Assembly: GCA_043789005.1 (NCBI GenBank)
Contig: JAYWIH010000029.1
Coordinates: 3,051-67,050 of the forward strand
DNA: 64,000 nt
Direction of reading: 5' to 3'
Source: Sphingobacteriales bacterium
Lineage (GTDB): Bacteria > Bacteroidota > Bacteroidia > Cytophagales > 172606-1
Part shown: positions 19,744-28,286 of the stretch, in pieces
Layout: each line of letters begins with the position of its first letter
How positions within the stretch are numbered: position 1 is the first letter of the stretch
Translations under genes and position numbers: made by a program
The notes under the pieces: model-generated
The model's database searches: none
The model's input: the letters and a program-made list of their open reading frames with translations, nothing else
Told to the model about the DNA's origin: nothing

Positions 19744-20676
19744 CTATTTTGCCGCCGCGCCCTGCCCTTTCAGCCAGTCGCGCAGCCGGTCCATCCACGT
19801 GGCCAGCACCGGATTGTCGGGAGCCAGACCCACGCCGTTGGCCATGCCGTAGCCGTGACCGCCTTTTTCATAGATGTGCAGCTCCGCCGGAACCTTGGCT
19901 TGGCGCAAGGCCATGTAGAACAGCACCGCATTTTCGGGCACCACGCCGTCGTCGTCGGTGGTCATCAGGAAGGTGGGCGGCGTGAGGGTGGTCACGTGCT
20001 TTTCGGTGGACATATACTCGGACAGCGTTGAATCCAGATCCTTGCCAACCTGCATCTCGCGCGAAAACCGGTGCGTGTAGGGCGTTGTAAACGAGATTAC
20101 CGGATAAATGAGCATCATGAAATTGGGGCGCGACGAGGTTTTGTCCAGCGAGGTTTTGGCTTTCGGGTTGCCATTATCAAAGTGCGTGCCCAGCATCGAG
20201 GCTAGGTGTCCACCCGCCGAAAAGCCCATCACCCCGATTTTGTTCGCGTCCAGATTCCATTCCTTGGCGCGGCTGCGTACGGTGCGCATGGCGCGGGTGG
20301 CATCGTTGAAGGCGTGCGGGTGACCGTATTTTTTGTGATCCCAAGTGTTCACACGGTAGCGAAGCACAAAGGCCGTTATGCCCAGGTTGTTGAGCCAGCG
20401 GGCAAAGTCGTAGCCTTCGTGTTCGGCAGCCCGCATCACATAACCTCCTCCCGGACAGATGATTACGGATGCCCCGGTGGCTTTTTCCTTGGGGGCGATG
20501 AACGGAAAAATGGCGGGCTTGTCCTCATCCGTATCGCCCAGCGCACCGGGTGCGCCTTCGGGCCAGAGTAGGATTGGGGTGGGCAGGCCGGGCGGATTGG
20601 CAGCCGGACTTTGGGCGTTAAGGTGGGGCATGAGCCAGAGGGAAATGAAAAAGGCAGCGAAAATTTTGGGTGTCAT
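19744..20676 (-). CDS. Alpha/beta hydrolase (carbohydrate esterase-like)
   Basis: CPGGGY, nucleophile elbow GFSAGGHLA and catalytic His in GGHGYG; signal peptide. Confidence 0.88.
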   Translation of the reverse strand: MTPKIFAAFFISLWLMPHLNAQSPAANPPGLPTPILLWPEGAPGALGDTDEDKPAIFPFIAPKEKATGASVIICPGGGYVMRAAEHEGYDFARWLNNLGITAFVLRYRVNTWDHKKYGHPHAFNDATRAMRTVRSRAKEWNLDANKIGVMGFSAGGHLASMLGTHFDNGNPKAKTSLDKTSSRPNFMMLIYPVISFTTPYTHRFSREMQVGKDLDSTLSEYMSTEKHVTTLTPPTFLMTTDDDGVVPENAVLFYMALRQAKVPAELHIYEKGGHGYGMANGVGLAPDNPVLATWMDRLRDWLKGQGAAAK

Positions 20677-20754
20677 AAATCCAAATGTTTTACTTTTAAC
20701 GGCGAGTTCGCCAAAAATACGCTTCCCTCCAAATACGCCCAAATTTCAAGTGCC

Positions 20755-21390
20755 ATGTCACAGAAAGCCAAGGAAAACATCCTGCGCAAAATCCAAGCCG
20801 CCCTAGAAACCCCCACGGCGAGGCCGGTGCCCAAGCCCGATTTTACCACGCCCATTTACGTGCCGCAACCGGAACACATGGCGGTCGGGTTTGTGGAAAC
20901 GTTCAAGAAAAACAACGGCGAGTTTTATTACTGCGAAGATGAAGCGGCAATGCTGGAGCGGCTGAAATGGCTGGTGCAGCAAAAAAACCTGCAAAACATC
21001 TTTGTCTGGGAGCCGCCGCTCATCGAACTCCTCGCGCCGTCGGGCATTGCGTTTGCCAGCGATGATGCCCAATTGCTGCAAGTGGATGCGGGAATCACAC
21101 TGTGCGAATGCCTGATTGCCCGCACGGGCAGCGTGCTGGTGTCGTCAAGGCAGGCGGCCGGGCGGCGGCTCACCATTTATCCGCACATCCACATTGTGGT
21201 TGCCTATTTGTCGCAATTGCTGCCCGACATCAAGGACGGACTTACCCTGATGCAGCAGCGGTATGGCACGCAATTGCCTTCCATGATTTCGATGGTTACC
21301 GGCCCGAGCCGTACCGCTGACATTGAAAAAACGCTGGTGCTGGGTGCGCACGGCCCCAAGGAACTGATTCTGCTGCTGGTGGAAGATTGA
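20755..21390 (+). CDS. LUD-domain protein (LutC/YkgG)
   Basis: TGPSRTADIEKTLVLGAHGPKEL signature. Confidence 0.92.
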   Translation: MSQKAKENILRKIQAALETPTARPVPKPDFTTPIYVPQPEHMAVGFVETFKKNNGEFYYCEDEAAMLERLKWLVQQKNLQNIFVWEPPLIELLAPSGIAFASDDAQLLQVDAGITLCECLIARTGSVLVSSRQAAGRRLTIYPHIHIVVAYLSQLLPDIKDGLTLMQQRYGTQLPSMISMVTGPSRTADIEKTLVLGAHGPKELILLLVED

Positions 21391-21456
21391 AGCCAGCCCC
21401 CAGTCTCCGAAGGGGAGCAAGGCAAAATAGTATCTTTCACAAAGGCCAAACCCGCC

Positions 21457-21562
21457 TTTGTCATTTAGACGAGGAAGAAATCGGGCGGGCAACTCTGGCA
21501 GAGTTTTGAACTCTGCCAGAGTTCTTGGCAAGGCCGGATTCCTGCCTTGTCGGAAGGACAAA
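21457..21562. repeat. Degenerate GTCATT-family hairpin element with a nested palindrome
   Basis: The right arm GCCGGATTCCTGCCTTGTCGGAAGGACAA resembles 517-545; AACTCTGGCAGAGTT-TTG-AACTCTGCCAGAGTT is nested at 21491-21523. Confidence 0.65.
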
Positions 21563-21636
21563 AACAGTTTTTCCGTGGACTGTCGGCCATGGACTGTTGA
21601 CTGAAATAGTATCCCCTGGAAAGCCCAAACCCCCGG

Positions 21637-22005
21637 TCACCCGTCCAGTTGGCATAGTTCAATGAAATGCCCGTCCGGGTCTTGCACAAAAATCTGCCAG
21701 TTGCCGTCGGGACGCTGTTTGGGGCCGGTGAAGACGGCGTTTTTGGATTCCAGTTCCGTCGCAACCAATTGTATATCAGCTACTTGCATGGCAAAGTGCG
21801 TGCCGCGCGAATGCGAATGTACGGGCAGCGTACGGTTGCCAATCAGGTGGATTTCCTGCCCTTGCCCAACGGCAAACCACGCCCCCGGAAAGTCGAATGC
21901 CGGCCTCGGCAATTGCGCCAAGCCCAGCACATCGCGGTAAAACGGAATACTTGCCCGCACATCGGCAACGTGCAGGGCCACGTGGTTTACGGATTGTATG
22001 TCCAT
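21637..22005 (-). CDS. VOC (glyoxalase) family protein
   Basis: NHVALHVAD..FYRDVLGL, HFAMQV and QIFVQDPDGHFIEL. Confidence 0.92.
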   Translation of the reverse strand: MDIQSVNHVALHVADVRASIPFYRDVLGLAQLPRPAFDFPGAWFAVGQGQEIHLIGNRTLPVHSHSRGTHFAMQVADIQLVATELESKNAVFTGPKQRPDGNWQIFVQDPDGHFIELCQLDG

Positions 22006-22242
22006 CGGTTTGGGAATTGTTTCGGATGAAATCTCGGGTGGCTTTAAACTGCGGCAAAGTTCGAAACTTTATGATTGCCCTGTATTATCATCCGGACAGG
22101 TTTGGGCTCTTTGAAACATGCTATTTCCGGACAATAGTTTGTTCCCCGCCGCACCCCGCGCCAAATTTATCCGCACCGGGGGTTTTTGCTCCCCAAAAGA
22201 TACTATTTTTGTCGCGCCGCCCACCAAGAGGCAAGGAAACTT

Positions 22243-23409
22243 ATGCGACTTATTGAGGTTACTACGCCAGCGCACCGGAAGGAGTTTCTGGAATTGCCCG
22301 CCCGACTCTACAAAAACGACCCGAACTGGATACGCCCGCTAAACCAAGACATTGAAAAAGTATTCGACCCGCAGAAAAACCTGTATTTTACGCACGGCGA
22401 ATGCACCCGCTGGATTTTGCAAACCGCCACCGGACTCACCATCGGGCGGGTGGCGGCGTTCATAGACCGCGATACGGCCCACGCGCAAAGCCAGCCCACG
22501 GGCGGCATGGGCTTTTTTGAGTGTATTGACGATAAGCCAGCGGCTTTTTTGTTGTTTGATGCCTGCAAAACTTGGCTGCAAAGCCGCCACATGGAGGCCA
22601 TGGATGGCCCGGTGAATTTTGGCGAACGTGACCGTTGGTGGGGACTGCTTATCGAAGGCTTTTTGCCGCCCAACTACGGTATGTTCTACCATTTTCCGTA
22701 TTACCAAGCCTTGTTCGAGGCTTACGGGTTTCAGGTTTATTTCAAGCAAATCACGTATTACCGCACCGTAAAGGCCCCGTTGCACCCGGTGGTGTTTGCC
22801 CGCGCCGAACGCATCCGCAACAACCCGGCCTACACATTCGCGCACATCGAGCGGAAGAAAATAGCCAAATACGCCGAGGATTTCCGCACGATTTACAATA
22901 AGGCGTGGGACAAGATCAAGGGCGTGGAGCCGAACATGACCCGCGCACAAGTCCTTGACCTGATGCGCGAAATCAAGCCGATCTTGGATGAGAAACTGAT
23001 TTGGTTTGCGTATTACAAGCACGAGCCGGTGGCGTTTTTTGTGATGCTGCCCGAAATGAACCAGGTTTTCCGGCACTTGGATGGCAGGATGGACGTTATC
23101 GGAATTGCCAAATTCCTGTGGCACCAGTGGCGCGGCACGTGCCGCAAGATGTTTGCTGTGGTGTTTGGCGTGGTGCCCGAACACCAAGGCAAGGCCGTGG
23201 AGGCGGCCATAGTCATGGCCGCCCGCGACCTGATCCAAGACCATTATGACCGCTACGACGACTTGGAATTGAACTGGATCGGCGATTTCAACCCGACAAT
23301 GATGAAAATGATTGAAATCATGGGTGGCACACCGATCAAGACGCACGCCACGTACCGCAAACTGTTCGACGAAACCAAGCCGTTTGAAAGGCATCCGGTA
23401 TTGAAATAA
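22243..23409 (+). CDS. GNAT-fold YghO-like protein (possible bacterial ceramide-synthase-like acyltransferase)
   Basis: GRVAAFID, GGMGFFECIDD, WWGLLIEGF, FGVVPEHQGK and ELNWIGDFNPTM. The family call is from recall. Confidence 0.65.
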   Translation: MRLIEVTTPAHRKEFLELPARLYKNDPNWIRPLNQDIEKVFDPQKNLYFTHGECTRWILQTATGLTIGRVAAFIDRDTAHAQSQPTGGMGFFECIDDKPAAFLLFDACKTWLQSRHMEAMDGPVNFGERDRWWGLLIEGFLPPNYGMFYHFPYYQALFEAYGFQVYFKQITYYRTVKAPLHPVVFARAERIRNNPAYTFAHIERKKIAKYAEDFRTIYNKAWDKIKGVEPNMTRAQVLDLMREIKPILDEKLIWFAYYKHEPVAFFVMLPEMNQVFRHLDGRMDVIGIAKFLWHQWRGTCRKMFAVVFGVVPEHQGKAVEAAIVMAARDLIQDHYDRYDDLELNWIGDFNPTMMKMIEIMGGTPIKTHATYRKLFDETKPFERHPVLK

Positions 23410-23575
23410 AACGGCCTCCCCCTCCGAAAGAGGGGGCTTTTAAACGGGTGGATTTGAGCTTTTTGGAAGATACTATTTTTTGATTCTTTTTTGTAAGCAC
23501 AACTGCCCCGCTTTACCAAACGATTTCGCTCCCCTTTGGGGCTGGGGGCTTCACTTTACCAACTTATCCAACCTT

Positions 23576-24499
23576 ATGAGTCTGATCACAGTGGGCACGG
23601 TGGCGTTTGATGCCATCGAAACGCCTTTCGGCAAGACCGACAAAACCATTGGCGGTTCGGCCACGTACATTGCGCAAGCCGCATCTTTTTTCACGGATCA
23701 GGTAAAGCTGGTGGCCGTGGTGGGCGAGGATTTTCCGGAAGCCGAAATCAAGCGCATGAACGCGCAGGGCATTGACACTGAAGGGCTGCAAGTGAAGGCC
23801 GGCGAAAAGTCGTTTTTCTGGGCGGGCCGCTACCAGAACGACATGAACAGCCGCGATACGCTGACCACCGAACTGAACGTACTCGCCGATTTCGACCCCA
23901 TCATTCCCGAATCGTACCAAGACTGCCAGTTCCTGATGCTTGGCAACCTCACGCCTTCGGTACAGAAAACGGTGATTGAACGCCTGCGCCGCCGTCCGAA
24001 ACTGGTCATGATGGACACCATGAATTTCTGGATGGATGTGGCCTTGGCCGAACTGACGGAAGTACTGAAAATGGTGGACGTGCTTTCAATCAACGATGAG
24101 GAGGCACGCCAGTTGTCGAAGGAATACTCCATCCGCAAGGCGGCCAAAAAAATCCTGGGCATGGGTCCCAAGTACCTGATTATCAAGAAAGGCGAACACG
24201 GCGCGTACCTGTTTAACAAAGACCAAGTATTTTTTGCCCCGGCCCTGCCGCTGGAAGAAGTGTTTGACCCGACCGGCGCGGGCGACACCTTTGCGGGTGG
24301 TTTCATCGGCTACCTTACCAGCACCAACGACATTTCGTTTGAAAACATGAAGCGCGGCATCATTTACGGCTCGGCGTTGGCTTCGTTCTGCGTGGAGAAA
24401 TTCGGGCTGGAACGCATCGTGGAACTGACCAAACCCGAACTGGAGAACCGCGTGCAGGATTTTGTGGACTTGGTGCAATTCGAGATTCCGATGGGGTGA
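23576..24499 (+). CDS. PfkB-family carbohydrate kinase
   Basis: GGSATY and the DPTGAGDTFAGG PfkB signature. Confidence 0.93.
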   Translation: MSLITVGTVAFDAIETPFGKTDKTIGGSATYIAQAASFFTDQVKLVAVVGEDFPEAEIKRMNAQGIDTEGLQVKAGEKSFFWAGRYQNDMNSRDTLTTELNVLADFDPIIPESYQDCQFLMLGNLTPSVQKTVIERLRRRPKLVMMDTMNFWMDVALAELTEVLKMVDVLSINDEEARQLSKEYSIRKAAKKILGMGPKYLIIKKGEHGAYLFNKDQVFFAPALPLEEVFDPTGAGDTFAGGFIGYLTSTNDISFENMKRGIIYGSALASFCVEKFGLERIVELTKPELENRVQDFVDLVQFEIPMG

Positions 24500-24531
24500 T
24501 TGAAACGGGTCATTGAAAATAGTATCTTTTG

Positions 24532-24570
24532 AAACAGCGAAACCTGCGCCCCGTGCAGGTTTCGCTGTTT
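24532..24570. terminator. Bidirectional hairpin built from half of the 30-bp motif
   Basis: 16-bp perfect stem AAACAGCGAAACCTGC / GCAGGTTTCGCTGTTT between the convergent pfkB-type and trpG genes. Confidence 0.7.
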
Positions 24571-24642
24571 GCGTGACATCGGTTGCCCGGAACCGACACG
24601 CGGCCCGACCCACAAAATCCGGCTTTCCAAAACCTCAAGCCA

Positions 24643-25209
24643 TCAGGCATCCAGCCAGTTTCGCAGCATTCGCTTGCCGTGTTCGGTCAGGATGCTTTCC
24701 GGATGAAACTGCACGCCGCGCACATCATACGTTTTGTGGCGCAGAGCCATCACGCGGCCTTCGGCATCCACGGCGGTGATTTCCAGCGCGTCGGGCATGG
24801 AATCAGGCACGACAGTCCACGAATGGTAGCGGCCGGTTTGGAGCCGGGCGGGAATATCCCTGAAAAGCCTTTCGCCCGCAGTTGTAACCAGTGTTTCAGT
24901 TGCGATGCCGTGCAGCACATCGGCCATGTTTTCCAGCGTCGCGCCAAATGCATCACCGATGGCCTGGTGGCCCAGGCACACGCCCAGAATGCTTTTGGTG
25001 GGTGCATACATGGCAATGAGTTCGGGCATGATGCCCGCCTCGGAAGGCACGCCCGGCCCCGGCGACAACAATATTTTATCAAACCGTGCCACTTCGGCCA
25101 GCGTGATTTTGTCGTTGCGGTACACTTCCGGCTCGTGCCCCATTTCGCGCAGGTAATGCACCAAGTTGTACACAAAACTGTCGTAATTGTCCAAAACGAG
25201 TATTTTCAT
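24643..25209 (-). CDS. trpG: Anthranilate synthase component II
   Basis: LDNYDSFVYNL, LSPGPG, LGVCLGHQ and GVQFHPES; directly downstream of trpE. Confidence 0.95.
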   Translation of the reverse strand: MKILVLDNYDSFVYNLVHYLREMGHEPEVYRNDKITLAEVARFDKILLSPGPGVPSEAGIMPELIAMYAPTKSILGVCLGHQAIGDAFGATLENMADVLHGIATETLVTTAGERLFRDIPARLQTGRYHSWTVVPDSMPDALEITAVDAEGRVMALRHKTYDVRGVQFHPESILTEHGKRMLRNWLDA

Positions 25210-25287
25210 GGGATAAATATCTGAACGGCTAAATGATTAAATGGCCGGGGTTTGGCCTTTCCAAAAGATACTATTTTCCGCACCGCG

Positions 25288-26751
25288 TCAATCATGGCCG
25301 TAATCCAGGTTCACGCCGGCCAACTGAACCGCCCGGCGCAGGGCCGCAATCTTGTTGTTCACTTCCTGCAACTCGCTCTCCACCTGCGACTTGAACACCA
25401 CACCCGCCCCGGCTTGGTAATACAGCGTATTATCCTTGCTCAGAAAAGAACGGATCATGATGGCATGGTTGAAGTCGCCGTTGAAATCCATGAAGCCGAT
25501 GCAGCCACCGTAAAAACTGCGGTTGGTGGTTTCGTAGCGGTCAATGAGTTGCATGGCCTTGTGTTTGGGTGCGCCGGAAAGCGTGCCCGCCGGAAACGTG
25601 TCAGCCACGAGTTGCAGGGGGTTGGTTCCATGTTCCATATTCCCCGTCACTTTGGAAACCAAGTGGATCACGTGCGAATAATACTGGATTTCCTTAAAGG
25701 TTTCCACTGTCACATCGTGGCTGTGGCGGCTCAGGTCGTTGCGGGCCAAGTCCACAAGCATCACGTGTTCGGCATTTTCCTTGGGGTCGTCGTGGAGTTT
25801 CTGGGCCAGTTCGGCATCGGCTTGGTCGTTGCCGGTGCGCCGGAACGTGCCCGCAATCGGATAAATGGTGGCCTTGTCGCCCTTGATGGCAATCTGGGTT
25901 TCGGGCGAGGAGCCGAAAATCTTGTAACTGCCAAAATCGAAATAGAACAGGTACGGCGATGGATTGACGGAACGCAAGGCGCGATAGACGTTGAATTCGT
26001 CGCCTTGGAATTGCTGCTCGAACCGGCGCGAAAGTACAATCTGGAACACATCGCCGATCTGGCAGTGGTACCGCCCGCGTTCCAGAATTTCCAGAAACTC
26101 CCCGTCCGTCAGGTTTGATTTCTCGGCTCCTTTCAGTTTGAACTGGTACGTCGGGAAACTCAGGTTCTGGATCAGCGAAACCAGTTCGTCCAGAGAAGTT
26201 TCGGCCCTCAAAGACCCCACCCCCGGCCCCTCCCCTGCTGGGAGGGGAGTTTTGGCCTCCGCGTAGTCGTGTTCAAACACATACATTTCATTCTTGAAGT
26301 GGTTGATGGCAATCACGTACCGGAAAACCTGGTACACAATGTCGGGAATGCCGTTGGCCGATTTGAGCGTGATATCCTCGAAATACTGCACCGCCGGGTA
26401 GGCCATGTAGCCGAAAAGCCCGTTGTGGATGAACGGGAATGCATCGGTTTCATCCTTTTGGAAGCTTTGGGCAAAGTTTTCCAAGGCAGCCAGCACTTGG
26501 GTTTGGGCTTTTACGTGGATACTATTTTCCGACCCGTCGGGAAACTGCTCCGTGATCCGGTTGCCGTTTACTTCAAACTTGGCCACGGGCTGGCAGCAGA
26601 TGTACGACATCGGGTTTTCGTTGCCGTGGTAGTCCGAACTTTCGAGCAAAATGGTATTGACAAACTTGTCGCGCAGTTTCAGGTAGATGCTCACCGGCGT
26701 AACGGTGTCGGCCAGTAGTTGCCGGTAACGGGTTTTGATGTTGAATTTCAT
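25288..26751 (-). CDS. trpE: Anthranilate synthase component I
   Basis: LLES, NPSPYLF, GSSPE, PIAGT, AEHVMLVDLARND and FPAGTLSGAPK; Trp leader upstream. Confidence 0.96.
   Translation of the reverse strand: MKFNIKTRYRQLLADTVTPVSIYLKLRDKFVNTILLESSDYHGNENPMSYICCQPVAKFEVNGNRITEQFPDGSENSIHVKAQTQVLAALENFAQSFQKDETDAFPFIHNGLFGYMAYPAVQYFEDITLKSANGIPDIVYQVFRYVIAINHFKNEMYVFEHDYAEAKTPLPAGEGPGVGSLRAETSLDELVSLIQNLSFPTYQFKLKGAEKSNLTDGEFLEILERGRYHCQIGDVFQIVLSRRFEQQFQGDEFNVYRALRSVNPSPYLFYFDFGSYKIFGSSPETQIAIKGDKATIYPIAGTFRRTGNDQADAELAQKLHDDPKENAEHVMLVDLARNDLSRHSHDVTVETFKEIQYYSHVIHLVSKVTGNMEHGTNPLQLVADTFPAGTLSGAPKHKAMQLIDRYETTNRSFYGGCIGFMDFNGDFNHAIMIRSFLSKDNTLYYQAGAGVVFKSQVESELQEVNNKIAALRRAVQLAGVNLDYGHD
26214..26249. 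repeat. C-rich palindromic repeat inserted in frame in trpE
   Basis: ACCCCACCCCCGGCCCCTCCCCTGCTGGGAGGGGAG matches the intergenic copy at 48005-48040 at 33 of 36 positions and encodes (T)PLPAGEGPGVG. Confidence 0.85.
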
Positions 26752-26792
26752 TGGCTGTATGGATTGGTGTTTATCGGGAACCGGCAAAAATG

Positions 26793-26828
26793 AAAAAAGG
26801 CTTGCCGTTACGTGAACAGCAAGCCTTT
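26793..26828 (-). terminator. trp attenuator terminator
   Basis: Minus strand reads AAAGGCTTGCTGTTCACGTAACGGCAAGCCTTTTTT, between the leader peptide and trpE. Confidence 0.85.
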
Positions 26829-26853
26829 GGGGCCGGTTTATCTTTGTCGCAAA

Positions 26854-26928
26854 TCACAAAGCATAGCTGTCCGCGTTCCAAGCCGGAACGTGCCACCACC
26901 AAGTCTTGTTTGCGCTGCGTTGCATCAT
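26854..26928 (-). CDS. trpL: trp operon leader peptide
   Basis: MMQRSANKTWWWHVPAWNADSYAL* has tandem Trp codons upstream of trpE; a TATATTTG promoter element lies at 26950-26957 (-). Confidence 0.85.
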   Translation of the reverse strand: MMQRSANKTWWWHVPAWNADSYAL

Positions 26929-27023
26929 ATTTGAAAAAAAACTGCTGGGCAAATATATGAAAGTCCGGTTGGGAAAAGCAAGTTTGCGGCGGCGAAAGTT
27001 TTCCGGCGCGTTAATGCGCGGCA

Positions 27024-27096
27024 GTAGCACACGCTTTAGCTCGTGCAAAATCCGCAGGATTTTCAATTGGAAAACACAAGCTAAAGCGTGTGCTAC
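27024..27096. repeat. GTAG-family REPIN-like element (GTAGCACACGCTTTAGCT.GTG)
   Basis: Inverted pair GTAGCACACGCTTTAGCTCGTG...CACAAGCTAAAGCGTGTGCTAC. A full copy in reverse orientation at 39079-39150 shares the inner AAAATCCTGCGGATTTTGC; single arms lie at 49099-49121 and 63874-63896. Confidence 0.8.
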
Positions 27097-27138
27097 CGCT
27101 GCAAAATAGTATCTTTCAAAAACCCCAAACCCACCCTC

Positions 27139-27753
27139 ATGGATAACACGATTTTTACCGAATCCGATTTCCCACGGATGGAAAAACAATTCCGCACCAA
27201 CTTGGTCAATGCCCTGAGCGGCTTTAAAAGCGTGAACCTGGTGGGCACGGCCAATGCACAAGGCTTGACAAATTTGGCGGTTTTCAGCCAGATTTTCCAC
27301 ATCGGAGCCAACCCGCCGCTGATGGGAATGCTGGTGCGCCCCGATTCGGTGCCGCGCCACACACTGTCCAACCTATTGGAAACGGGCTTTTACACGTTCA
27401 ACAACATTTTGCCCGGCTTTTACCAGGCCGCCCACCAGACTTCGGCGCGCTACGCGGTTTCGGAGTTTGAAGCCTGTGGTTTCACGCCCCAATTCTCGGA
27501 ACTCCACCCGGCTCCGTACGTCCGGGAATCATCAATAAAAATCGGGCTGCGGTTCGTGGAAAAGCACGAATTGGCCATCAACGGCACCATCATGGTCATT
27601 GGCAGCGTAATCGAGATCATTTGTCCCGGCGACTGTGTGGCCGAAGACGGCTACTTGGATATTGAGAAGGCGGGTAGCGTTACTTGCTCCGGGCTGGACG
27701 GCTACCACACCACGCAACTGTTGGCGCGGCTGCCGTATGCGAAAGCCATTTGA
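27139..27753 (+). CDS. Flavin reductase-like (DIM6/NTAB) family protein
   Basis: NALSGFKSVNLVGT, NLAVFSQIFHIGANPPL, RHTLSN and AHQTSARY. Confidence 0.88.
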   Translation: MDNTIFTESDFPRMEKQFRTNLVNALSGFKSVNLVGTANAQGLTNLAVFSQIFHIGANPPLMGMLVRPDSVPRHTLSNLLETGFYTFNNILPGFYQAAHQTSARYAVSEFEACGFTPQFSELHPAPYVRESSIKIGLRFVEKHELAINGTIMVIGSVIEIICPGDCVAEDGYLDIEKAGSVTCSGLDGYHTTQLLARLPYAKAI

Positions 27754-27801
27754 GATGAGTTGAAAAAACGTAAATTCACCTGTCCTTAACTGACAAGCAA
27801 G

Positions 27802-28056
27802 ATGAAGGCCAAATTTGACCAGACCGAACTGGACAGCTATGAAAACAGCCTGAAAACCTACCGCGATTTGAAAGGCGTGATTGACACCGCTTTTGATGAA
27901 GGCAAAACGGAGGGCAGATTGGAAGGTAAAATAGAGGGCAAAATGGAAGGCAAAATGGAAATCGCCAAAGCCATGAAATTGAAAGGCCTTTCGATAAGGG
28001 ACATTGCGGAATTGACGGGGCTACCCGAAAACGAGATCAACAAGTTGCCGGGCTGA
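27802..28056 (+). CDS. Stand-alone C-terminal domain of an Rpn / PD-(D/E)XK nuclease family protein
   Basis: YENSLKTYRDL..TAFDEG, (EGKx)n repeats and IAKAMK..GL..DIAELTGL. No nuclease domain lies upstream. Confidence 0.7.
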   Translation: MKAKFDQTELDSYENSLKTYRDLKGVIDTAFDEGKTEGRLEGKIEGKMEGKMEIAKAMKLKGLSIRDIAELTGLPENEINKLPG

Positions 28057-28286
28057 CCTGAACGGCATACAACCCCGCTCAAAATAGTATCTTTTGAAAA
28101 CACCAGACCCACCCTTGCACGGCAGGTTTCGCAAAAGGCCTTGTTCCAGCCAAAACCCAATTTTTTACCGGATTCATATTATTTTCATTGGTTGGAAAAC
28201 CGGGAATCCTTAACTTGTTGGCATCATGGGCGGCAACAAACGCCGCCATTGCCAACAAACGCCACCAAAAATAGTACCCCCGGAAA

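Noticed and set aside
22186-22242. N-terminal extensions in the ORF track such as MLPKRYYF, MAFPKDTI, MGLSKDTI and KIVSF
   Set aside because: They are translations of upstream motif copies from alternative start codons. Downstream ATGs give better starts.
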